This document shows positions 22,443-33,254 of a DNA stretch of 37,113 nucleotides, one piece after another. Positions within the stretch are counted from its first letter, which is position 1, and every line of letters starts with the position of its first letter. Both the position numbers and the translations under genes were made by a program. The notes under the pieces were generated by a model that was given only the letters and a program-made list of their open reading frames with translations, searched no databases and was not told the origin of the DNA. Source of the stretch: Octopus bimaculoides (taxonomy: Eukaryota). Where the stretch lies: the NCBI RefSeq assembly GCF_001194135.2, contig NC_068982.1, forward strand, positions 52,487,087 to 52,524,199, given 5' to 3'.

Positions 22443-22514
22443 TCACTGCCTGGAATCGAACTCGGAATCTTGGGGTTAGTAGCCCGCGCTCTTAACCACT
22501 ACGCCATATGCCCG
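22441..22514 (-). promoter_or_regulatory. tRNA-like Pol III head (A and B boxes)
   Basis: GGGCATA-TGGCGTAGTGG (A box)-TTAAGAGCGCGGG-CTACTAA-CCCCAAGATTCC-GAGTTCGATTCC (B box)-AGGCAGTGACC. Confidence 0.8.
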
Positions 22515-22644
22515 ACGGTTCCAGGTTCAGTCCCACTGCGTGGCACGTTGGGAAAGTTTCTTCTACAATAGTCTCGGGCCGAATAAAGCCTTGAGAGTGG
22601 ATTTTGTAGATGAAAACTGAAAAAAATCCCGTCGTATACATGAA

Positions 22645-22721
<77 letters not shown>

Positions 22722-22935
22722 TGTGTGTGTTTATCCCCTACAAACGCTTGACAAACTGTATTGGTTTGTTTTCGTTCCCGTAACTTAGAGGTTAAACCAG
22801 AGAGACTGATAAAATAAGTACCAGGCTTTAAAAAAATAAGTACTGAGGTCAATTCATTCGAGTAAAAGTTCTTCAGGCCAGTGCCCCAGCGCGGCCGCAG
22901 TCAAATGACTGAAACAGATAAGACAAAAAGATAAG
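22515..22935 (+). mobile_element. SINE family A lacking its first ~45 nt, with central (GA)n
   Basis: Starts ACGGTTCCAGGTTCAGTCCCACTGCGTGG; tail GCGGCCGCAGTCAAATGACTGAAAC. Confidence 0.9.
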
Positions 22936-23009
22936 AAAAATACCTTATAAACAATACCTTTATTTACCAACTTCGGTTCATTTCTCTTGTCAATGATGAT
23001 CAGTAGATT

Positions 23010-23330
23010 TTCAGTTGAGCCGAATCAACATACAACTTCCTCTTCTGTTTCGCAAACCAGTGGTCATTTCCGTTTATGTCAGCAAGGCCTTCAACCTTGT
23101 CTGTCATCACAACATCCCCTCTAAATTTCTCGTCCACGTCTTTCTTTCAGCTCTCATTTCATGGGCAGCAACGTCCCTCGCAAACAGCATGCACAGATAA
23201 AGATACTTCTTAGCCACATACTCCCAAACGCATGGTTGTTTCCTACATTGTCGGCTTTTATATATAAATAATCCACTGGCTTGTTACTTCTAAAAATACT
23301 AACACAGATAGCAACACCCACCTACAGAGA
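23010..23330 (+). mobile_element. Decayed LINE RT fragment
   Basis: VVISVYVSKAFNLVCHHNIPSK...LISW matches the LDISKAFD.V.H..LL.KL motif of Jockey/CR1-like RTs. Confidence 0.7.
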
Positions 23331-23905
23331 GGCCATGTGAACACGCTGCTTGGATAACTCACGCGAGGTATGCACCACTTCAATGAACACAAACTTTCTA
23401 ATCATTCCCCAATGATATTTTGACGATGTAATCCCCTTCAATAGTACCAAAACAAAATCGCTACATATCTGAAAGAAACAATCTTCTACTCAGGCACTCA
23501 CCTCTTAGATATATGTAATATATATACATATATGTACATATATATATATATATATANNNNNNNNNNNNNNNNNNNNNNNNNNNNNNNNNNNNNNNNNNNN
23601 NNNNNNNNNNNNNNNNNNNNNNNNNNNNNNNNNNNNNNNNNNNNNNNNNNNNNNNNNNNNNNNNNNNNNNNNNNNNNNNNNNNNNNNNNNNNNNNNNNNN
23701 NNNNNNNNNNNNNNNNNNNNNNNNNNNNNNNNNNNNNNNNNNNNNNNNNNNNNNNNNNNNNNNNNNNNNNNNNNNNNNNNNNNNNNNNNNNNNNNNNNNN
23801 NNNNNNNNNNNNNNNNNNNNNNNNNNNNNNNNNNNNNNNNNNNNNNNNNNNNNNNNNNNNNNNNNNNNNNNNNNNNNNNNNNNNNNNNNNNATATATATA
23901 TATAT

Positions 23906-24105
23906 AGGGAGAATTCACAAGAAAAAACAAAAGACGAAGACATGTGGTGTAGAAAACAAACAGATGTATTAGTATAACGCTCGGAAAGTGAAAAAGTCTT
24001 TAACGTTTCGAGCCTACGCTCTTCCACAGAAAGGAACGCAGAAGGAAACAAGGAGAGAAACATGGAGCGAAAAAAAAGAATGTGTAGTGGTTAGCGATCT
24101 ATCTA
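23906..24105 (-). mobile_element. Penelope-like terminal repeat carrying an HHR motif
   Basis: Contains the HHR at 23996-24034 next to a (TA)n tract. The family assignment is inferred from the HHR type. Confidence 0.5.
23996..24034 (-). ncRNA. Minimal type-I hammerhead ribozyme motif (A6U variant)
   Basis: CTTT-CTGTGGA-A-GAGC-[GTAG]-GCTC-GAAAC-GTT-AAAG: stem I CTTT/AAAG, helix II GAGC/GCTC, palindromic ACGT stem III. Confidence 0.7.
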
Positions 24106-24764
24106 GCGAGTTGTAAAATCTCAAGAGATCAGAGTAGAAACTATACTAACAAGTAAAGTCAATCGCCACTTATACATGCACACACACACACATACAAGCA
24201 CACACATATATATGTACATACGTATGCACTTCTATATATATGTGTGTGTATGTGTGTGTGTGGTGTGTAGATTGGTAGAACTCTTAGAGCATTCGATAAA
24301 ATGCATTATGGTATCTGCACAGGTTCTCTGCACACTGAGTCCAAATCCCAACGGCCCAGCTTTGTCTTTCACATCTTCGGAGTCGATAGAGTGCTAGTCG
24401 ATACTTCTTCCACTTTCTTCTTTATTTGTGTGAGTGAGTATGTGTGTGTGTGAGTTTCCACCCCCTCTCTCGCTCCCTCTCTCTCCCCTGTGGGAGAAAA
24501 TAGGCTGTTGTTAAGCCTGGAGGCGAGCGGCTTCACCAAGTTTAAGATATCTAAGATAGGCTGCATGCCACGACCAGTGCTTTCTAGATACAGGTGATAT
24601 GTGTGCTGCAACATACAGATCCAAGGGGTTTCTAGGCTCATCGATATAAGTTAATTATACATCTATAGATGTTGGAGAGAGTCCGGCTCTTGTAACCAAT
24701 TACCGACGTAAGTTGAGGTATTCCCGTATAGCTGTATTTCTGAGCCCAGGTGTTCGGAAAGATG

Positions 24765-24978
24765 TACGACGGGCTGCTGAAAAGTTCCTGGTTTTAAGGG
24801 TGTCACGAAAGGCCTGGCTGGAGGACCAGCCATCCGAGTTCTTCCACAAGGCTTAGAAAAATTGAAGGACCGCCACAATAAACCTGAGAGGGGGAATATG
24901 TTGAATAAAATCATAATTAACTGATTCTCCTGTATTGTCTTTTACCCAAAGCCAGGAACTTTTCAGCGGTTCCTCGTA
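24765..24978 (+). mobile_element. Mariner-derived MITE
   Basis: TA-flanked imperfect TIRs sharing GCTGAAAAGTTCCTGG. The interior retains a transposase C-terminus GLEKLKDR...RGEYVE* ending at 24908. Confidence 0.85.
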
Positions 24979-25729
24979 CTTAATGTAGTTCTTAAATGCA
25001 TACAAAGGTAAAATGTTATATGCATTTAATTCCAGTTCGTTTTAATGAATTTTTACGTGTTACGTCATTTTCAAGTTAAGTCACATGCCTTGGGATCAAT
25101 TCCCTTCATAATTTGAGGTATGCTCATATAGCTACTGATTGCAAACGAAGTAGGTTGATAGTTATTCGGTTCGTAAAACAAGAGGCCGTATACTCGTAAT
25201 ATATAAAAGGGTCGACATAAAAGAAAAAATACAATGTTACTTCAAGCTTGTTGCAGTTGTTAATAACTAACACACTACTATTTGCCTTCAAAACAAAATC
25301 ACGACGTCACACTAATATCCTTGGTATAGTTTAACGAATGTCAATCACAGCCTGACATTGCCATAAAGATCTATCTTCTTTGACAATGAATTAATTACAC
25401 ACTTTCACTTGTAACCTCATTTTGTGGTTGTTCAGTACCAGACCAGCTCGGATCAAATGAACTTAGATAGTTAAAAGATTAGTTAAAAGAATTCTAGCAG
25501 TTTTTTTTTAAAGACTCCCATCGTGTCTTTACCCTTTGAAGGTGGTAGGGTGTGATTGAATGATATCTGGCTGCTTTTTCTTACGTAGATACGTCCTTGA
25601 TGGCTTCAATCTCAACCTTTTTGTTACCATATTATTTCTGAAATATACTGTCTTTGTTTAAATTAATTTTGAAAATACTAGAAAATCTAGTTAAATAACT
25701 TTATCATTATTAAAGCGACGAAAGTGGAC

Positions 25730-26074
25730 GAGATGGCAGAATCGTTAGCACACCGGGTAAAATGCTTCGTGGTAATACGTTCGTCTCTGACATTTTTAGT
25801 TCAAATTCCATCGAGGTCGACTTTGCCTTTCATCCTTTCGAGGTCGATAAAATAAGTACTGGGGTCGGTGTAAACGATTTATCCACTTCCCCGATATTTC
25901 TGGTCTTGCGCCAAATTTTGAAATTCTTTTTATTTCTATTCGCTGGCATCGAATTAGCCTTTCATCCTTTCGGGGTCGATAAATAAGTACCAGTTGAGCA
26001 CTGGAGTCAATGTAAACGATTTACCTCCTACCCTGAACTTGCTGGCCTTGTGCCGAAATTTGAAACCATTATTG
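25730..26074 (+). mobile_element. SINE family B with tandem duplication of its 3' half
   Basis: GCCTTTCATCCTTTCG.GGTCGATAAA occurs twice, at about 25825 and 25958. Confidence 0.85.
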
Positions 26075-26949
26075 NNNNNNNNNNNNNNNNNNNNNNNNNN
26101 NNNNNNNNNNNNNNNNNNNNNNNNNNNNNNNNNNNNNNNNNNNNNNNNNNNNNNNNNNNNNNNNNNNNNNNNNNNNNNNNNNNNNNNNNNNNNNNNNNNN
26201 NNNNNNNNNNNNNNNNNNNNNNNNNNNNNNNNNNNNNNNNNNNNNNNNNNNNNNNNNNNNNNNNNNNNNNNNNNNNNNNNNNNNNNNNNNNNNNNNNNNN
26301 NNNNNNNNNNNNNNNNNNNNNNNNNNNNNNNNNNNNNNNNNNNNNNNNNNNNNNNNNNNNNNNNNNNNNNNNNNNNNNNNNNNNNNNNNNNNNNNNNNNN
26401 NNNNNNNNNNNNNNNNNNNNNNNNNNNNNNNNNNNNNNNNNNNNNNNNNNNNNNNNNNNNNNNNNNNNNNNNNNNNNNNNNNNNNNNNNNNNNNNNNNNN
26501 NNNNNNNNNNNNNNNNNNNNNNNNNNNNNNNNNNNNNNNNNNNNNNNNNNNNNNNNNNNNNNNNNNNNNNNNNNNNNNNNNNNNNNNNNNNNNNNNNNNN
26601 NNNNNNNNNNNNNNNNNNNNNNNNNNNNNNNNNNNNNNNNNNNNNNNNNNNNNNNNNNNNNNNNNNNNNNNNNNNNNNNNNNNNNNNNNNNNNNNNNNNN
26701 NNNNNNNNNNNNNNNNNNNNNNNNNNNNNNNNNNNNNNNNNNNNNNNNNNNNNNNNNNNNNNNNNNNNNNNNNNNNNNNNNNNNNNNNNNNNNNNNNNNN
26801 NNNNNNNNNNNNNNNNNNNNNNNNNNNNNNNNNNNNNNNNNNNNNNNNNNNNNNNNNNNNNNNNNNNNNNNNNNNNNNNNNNNNNNNNNNNNNNNNNNNN
26901 NNNNNNNNNNNNNNNNNNNNNNNNNNNNNNNNNNNNNNNNNNNNNNNNN

Positions 26950-27080
26950 GAAGAGAACTACCGGTCTTTATGATGCAGTCTTAGCTATGTTACAAATGTC
27001 TTTACGCCAGGAGAAATCTATGGTGATATTGAGACCCAACATTTGGAGCTACTGTGAGGAATCTAGCTGCATGCATAAAT
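26950..27080 (-). mobile_element. Decayed LINE RT C-terminal fragment
   Basis: LGLNITIDFSWRKDICNIAKTAS*RPVVL resembles the LG.I...L.W..HI..IAK.AS.KL motif. Confidence 0.6.
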
Positions 27081-27466
27081 GTACTATAAGTCATACGTAA
27101 AAAAAAAAATTGAGATAAGTGTAATTTCCCTCTTCGTTAGAGAAAGAAAACAAAAAGTTAAATGGCAAAAATAATTTACAGTAATTGCTAACAACTGTCT
27201 AAGAAAAGGGGGATATCTAAAAAAAAAAAAAAATTGTTTCCACAAAATAGGAAAATAGAAACTCTGTTTGCAGCCAGGGAGACCAATTGCGGATATTTTT
27301 CGGTTATACTGTACCTTACCATCATAGCGTAGTTCACTGAAGCCTATATAGATCACTTTGCAAAGACTTTTAGTACTAAAAAATAGAAAAGAAAAAACAG
27401 TGACGAAGAAATATTGTTCAACATTAATTTGCTTAATATATAGGTTTGGAGGTGATGTACAGGTAT

Positions 27467-27734
27467 TATATATTAGAAAAAATAAGGTACTCAGAGATCT
27501 GGATGGCTGTACTCTCTTTCTCTCTTTTCTCTTTTTTACTTGTTTCAGTCATTTGACTGTGGCCATGCTAGAGCATCGCCTTTAGTCGAGCAAATCGACC
27601 CCAGGACTTATTTTTTGTAAGCCTAGTACTTATTCTATCGTTCTCTTTTGCCGAACCGCTAAGTTACGGGGGCGTAAACACACCAGCATCGGTTGTCAAG
27701 TGATGTTAGGGGACAAACACAGACGCAAAAACAT

Positions 27735-27765
<31 letters not shown>

Positions 27766-28083
27766 CATATATACGACGGGCTTCTTTCAGTTTCCGTCCA
27801 CCAAATCCACTCACAAGGCTTTGGTCGGCCCGAGGCTATAGTAGAAGACACTTGCCCATGTGGTTCGTAAGCAAGCTACTTACTACACAACAGATTTTTA
27901 TTAATATGTCACATGTTTTTATAAATCATATATAGCGCTTGCATCTACTCTAATAGATTCTTCAGATCTGAAGAATCTATTAGAGTAGATGCGAGCGGTA
28001 ATATATATGATTTATAAAAACATGTGACATTAATAAAAATCTGTAAATGTACAACCATCCAGATCTCTGAGTACCTTATTATT

Positions 28084-28097
<14 letters not shown>
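27467..28097. repeat. Spacer-less palindromic (foldback) element with a SINE nested in the left arm
   Basis: Inner arms 27890-27966 / 27967-28044 are centred on AGATCT with a perfect 26-bp core; outer arms are 27467-27512 / 28049-28097. Confidence 0.9.
27513..27889 (-). mobile_element. SINE family A, 5'-truncated, with B-box deletion
   Basis: Nearly complete copy. About 33 nt are missing at CTTGCCCA|TGTGG relative to the copy at 21735-21915. Confidence 0.9.
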
Positions 28098-28141
<44 letters not shown>

Positions 28142-29193
28142 TGTCAGTGTGTATGTGTGTGTATTTTAATACTTATATGTAAGTATATATGCTCCTGTCG
28201 ATATATTTCTATGTATGCGTGTGTATGTTTTTTGTACTTCAGTTTGTATACTGGAAAGTATATTTGATGTTTGGCTGATGTGTGAATAAACTTCTTGAAG
28301 GTTGAAATGCTTTTTGTGAAGTTTTGTGACCTTGTTAACCTCCAGTTTTTACTGTTGTTGAACTTTGTTTCTTGATTTTACTAGACCTACCATTCATCCA
28401 TGACTTTTGTGGAAACCTTAAATCTCCAGCTGTTTCGGTCCCCTCTTACCCATCTACATAATTACTTTGACTAAGAATTCGTTTATATTATTTGCTTATA
28501 TATTTTTATGCTATTTATTTTTTAATTTTATATATTTTACTTCATGTTCATATTTCGTTTTGTTATTTGTTTATATTAAGACAAGCCGATTCCTTAAATT
28601 CTCCTTACAACTTAATTGATATGAACAATGCAATATATCTATGTAACTGGTCGAATCAATTTAATATTGTCCTGTTTCAGCCTTCCAAGCATTGTACAAA
28701 AAAAGAGGACATTTTGTGTGTGTATTTAAATGTGAATCGTCAGGGTAACCATGATATTCCAGTGCTTTCTTTATTTACGTTAATTTGTGAATATACAACT
28801 GTATTCTTTAATGCTGAACATACATATTAATGTAAACCTATACGCATAATTTCTTCCACATTCAAACGAACCAGGTTGCGAAAAGGCGGTAACGTTTTGG
28901 AAAACACATGATTGAATATTTATGTATTCGGTTCTCATACCTCCTCACTTTATGGCCTTATATACTCATGAAATATTTTTTATTAATCAGATCTTTTGAA
29001 TTTTCAATTATATGGACATTGTATATTACAATTGTTCGTAATCGATTAATATGTGGACTGATAGCCGACTCCGTAAGAAGAGCTTTCTGTGATAACCGTA
29101 TGATGATCTAGATCCACGTCTTATAACACTCATATATATATACCAAAATTCTGGTAAAGTGCTCCGCTTCTTAGCGTAACACACTGCACACAC

Positions 29194-29333
<140 letters not shown>

Positions 29334-30369
29334 TATACATATGTATATATATGCATGTATACGCATACACGCGCACACACATATACACACACACATGCTG
29401 TTCTATTCTTATAATGTGATAATATACTTCATAATTTGGGGGATTCTTATTTGTTGGAGAAGCAGTTAAATTCCCAAAATAATTTATAAGCTGACGGCTG
29501 GGAAACGAGGAATTCGCAGCTGTTTTGAACAGAGAATACCTCCAGAAAAACTGATATTAATATCAGCAAATGTTTGCAAGTGGTGATAGATTTACGCAGG
29601 CAAGATGTTGATAATGTGCAAATTGGATTTCAAACACAGCTTTCAGGCATCAGATAATATTGTGTTAAGCAAACCATGTGCAAGAGGCAATAATCAAGTT
29701 GATAGCGTTGTATTAGTAGTTTCAATACAGTGTACCCTACTTCAAGTGCATGTTGTGCCCTTCAGTAAATCTTGACTTCCCTATTACAGAAATTATAATT
29801 ACCTTATATGAGATGCATTAATATCTATAAAGTAGGTCAAAGAATAAAACCATTCTTGTAGTGATAAATAGAGATAGAATAGAATACTTATACACCCCAG
29901 TGTTGATGTATTTACTTCTTCTTGATTTTAATTAATATTTTGTTATCCGCTGACAGTTCCCGTGGAAACACAAAATCAGGTTTGGCTCTTCTAAACCTTT
30001 GCTGACCTTTGTACCTTCTCCCATACAAATTTTTGCAGTAGCATTAAGCTACATACATACTTTTGTCAAATCAAGAATTCTTTCTGATTTTTCACAAGGC
30101 CAGCAATTTTGAGGAGAAGAAACAAGTCGATTACTAACTGATTACTTTATTTTATCGAACTCCCACCGAGAAAGGATGAGAGGCAATGTTGATCATGGCA
30201 AGATTTGATTTTTGCAATCTACTTTACGTAATTAAAAATCAATGATTGTTAAAACCTGCGAATTAGGCTTGACATCAGAAGACATCAGGGGCTCATAGGG
30301 GATTATTTATAATATTTAAGATTTATGGTTGTTGATATTAGCGCAAAAGTTTCTCGACTTATTTCATTT

Positions 30370-30570
30370 AAAAATCATCTCTCATTTGGTCTCTCCATTG
30401 CGGATGACGTCTCATATGGCTTTTAAGGCCTACAAGGGACTTACAAGTCATTCCATCCAACAGCAGCCCGACTATCAGAATGTTGGGACTTAACATGCAG
30501 AATGAGTCCACTGGCCGACCTACACACTCTGCTACATCAGGTGCACATGAGATCATGGGGGGGGGGGATA
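30370..30570 (-). mobile_element. RTE-like LINE 3' end fragment
   Basis: TCKSLVGLKSHMRRH is the C-terminal half of the C2H2-like motif typical of RTE ORF ends. Confidence 0.6.
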
Positions 30571-30699
30571 TTGCATTGGTAGACGAGGCACTTCTGTACC
30601 TTGGAACAAAATAGAATAATTGTAGATATGAACAAACGATATTTAAAAAGGAAGAACAGTCACTGTATAAAACTTAACACGGTTTCAATATTCTCTCTG

Positions 30700-32050
30700 G
30701 AAAATTCTCGCAAAATTTCTTCTTAATAGAATGAAGCCCATTGCAGATGGAACATTTCTGGAAAGGTTATGCAAAACCTGATCGTTAAACTCTTCAGATA
30801 ATGTACTAGTATTTAAGACAGGTAAAGGAATTCAGAGCAACATAGTCCTTTTTATACAATTTTCCATTATCTTTAACCTTCACGTGACATTAAGTGGAAG
30901 GTTCTCGAACGCTTTGCTGAGTAGTTTCTCTCCTTAAGTTTTGTTAAATAATTTCGTGGAGATTATCCGGGCAGATATTCTACAGTGAAACCTTCCTCTA
31001 TTCTTTTCCATGAAAGGGTGATAAACAGGGTTTGTTTTTGATGCCATCTTGTTTAATGTATACTTTTACATATCGTTATGATGCGAATATTTCCAAACTT
31101 CGGTGACTCAAAATAACTGGAAGTCTATACTACTTCCGAGTTTCAATATGTTGATTTTGGAGAGTACCGTCATGAAGATCTACAGATTACTTTACGTTTA
31201 ATTTTGAAAATCGATGGACGTTTTGGTCTAGAAGTTAATATCTAAGGTCTTAGCACAATCTAAAACTGGAATAAAATCACCCTCCTGCTCAAACTCTAAT
31301 TTGCGACCATCCCATGAACAAGCTATTCGTTTCTGATATTCATTTCAAGTTAGTTATTTCATCGGATACTACTACATACGATAAAATTTCAAATCGTAAT
31401 TGGTCTTGCGCATGCTACCCGTGACACTGTATAAAGGTGTCATCTCTCGTAACGGAATCAAGACATGCACTAAGTAGACGCTTTACAAAGCAGTTGTTCT
31501 TTTTTGTAAGGATGTGAAACCTGAAAAAGGTTGCAATGCTTCAATTAGAGAAAACTGTAAACCATTTTGAGTATATATCAGTAAGACCATGCTGCAAATA
31601 ACGAAATTTTGATCGGACCAAACTCAACAATATTGAGTATGATGCGGTTTATCATCTGTTGCGATTGGTTGGCAAGTTCACAGAATGTTGGATCATTGAC
31701 TGCCGAATATGCTTACATATGAAAAATTGCAAAGAAGGGACATATCCAGGTTGAGCTCCGAAATGGCGATACATGAATCAACTGCAGTAACCATTAAAAC
31801 CTTTGATGTAAATGCTTCTTCGTAAATGTTTGATGCACTTGATAATTCGATTTGTGAGAGAATGTGAGACGTTGGACACAACTTAATTAAAATAATCACG
31901 AACAAGAAGTTGTCAGACAATGACGGAGAGGAAGAGGCTAATAAAAAGGAATCTTAGACCCAACTGTTTTCCAATTCCCATTTTATCGTCTCCAGGGTTC
32001 TTTTAAATCAAAAATATATTGATAAAGCCATCCCAACACACATGGATAAA
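30700..32050 (+). mobile_element. Decayed RTE LINE reverse transcriptase
   Basis: WKVLERF (about 30895), G.KQG...ILFNVYF (about 31017-31067), QYVDF (YADD site, about 31144), HEDLQ, RFGLEVNI and GCET (31510-31521) occur in the expected order. Confidence 0.8.
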
Positions 32051-32259
32051 TTCAATGGCATCAAATCTTGACAAGGCTAGATATCAATAATGATGATGCT
32101 GATGATGTTGATGATGATATATTGATGTAATAAACACAGCAAAAAGATAAATTGCTACTAGAGGAATAGAGGAAACGAGAAAATTCGGAGAAGCTAGTTC
32201 TTTCGACTAATAGTTGGATTTCATTAACTTTATGTACCCTTTTTAAATAATTACGAAAT

Positions 32260-32425
32260 TGTTATGTCTCAACGCTACTGCTATCTAGCACCTTCGGATG
32301 ATCTCTACTCAACCGCTACACAACTGCTACTCGACTGCTACTCAACACACCTACCACGGCCAGACTACCTCTATTTATATGTCTTGGGAGATCCTACTTC
32401 TTCGCCTGGGGGCGTCGACACAACA
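32260..32425 (-). mobile_element. Short solo LTR (166 bp) with 5-bp TSD
   Basis: Termini TGTTATGTC...GACACAACA (8/9 inverted match, TG...CA), flanked by GAAAT at 32255-32259 and 32426-32430. TATAAATAGAG on the minus strand. Confidence 0.85.
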
Positions 32426-33254
32426 GAAATATATTGCAACTGTGCAAGTTGTGTTACTGGAATACCTTAACAGCTGGCTTGGAGAAAGAAGAAAGGACAA
32501 AATACATGGTACTTTTCAGAGTCTTCGAAGCTAGTGGAACTGAGAGAGGAAATTATCCTCCAACTAATCTCTTGCCCAAGTTTTTGTAACAGAGCTAACT
32601 TCGCTAAAGATACTCAAAGTCCAGGTAGCTACGGATTAATCTACGACTCAAACCAGTAGAGAACCAGCAGAGAACGGTTGCTGATGATAACATATGAGAA
32701 CAGTTACTTCAGGGAGATTTCTGTATTCACTAAACATAATAACGTCGTACTATTTATTTCAATTTTCGCTGACGTAGAATACGTGCGATATAAACTCGTG
32801 GTTATAGGAACGAGTGTGAATGACCTTTAGTGCACACATATGTGGCGATGTTAAAGAGAGATAACCTCATTTATCATGCGAAGAGGAATTCATTATAAAA
32901 TTCATCTTGTCATACAGGAAATACACATAAACCTAGCTAGAACAGTTACAATATTTTACTCTTTGACATTGGATAAGATCAAAGTCGCTGTTTAACATAT
33001 TATATAACATATACACTAAAGAGTCATTAACTGTATTGATCTTATTAACCACATGTATGATTTAAATTACAGCTAAAACATATATAAATTACAGCTAAAT
33101 CACCCATGAATCATATACTATTATTATCTTATGAAAAGACACTTTAGATGACGTTATCCTCTCCGTACGAAAAGGAGTGTAATACGAGGAATATTCAGCA
33201 GTTATCTCTAGTAATAGGTCGATTGTTAATTTTCATCTTTGTCTTTACATATTA

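Noticed and set aside
27310-27340. 24-nt minus-strand micro-exon candidate with a gtaagg donor
   Set aside because: Weak acceptor and no supporting context.
31693-31920. 75-aa minus-strand ORF with a gtaagc donor-like site
   Set aside because: It lies antisense to the plus-strand RTE RT remnant, which explains the region better.
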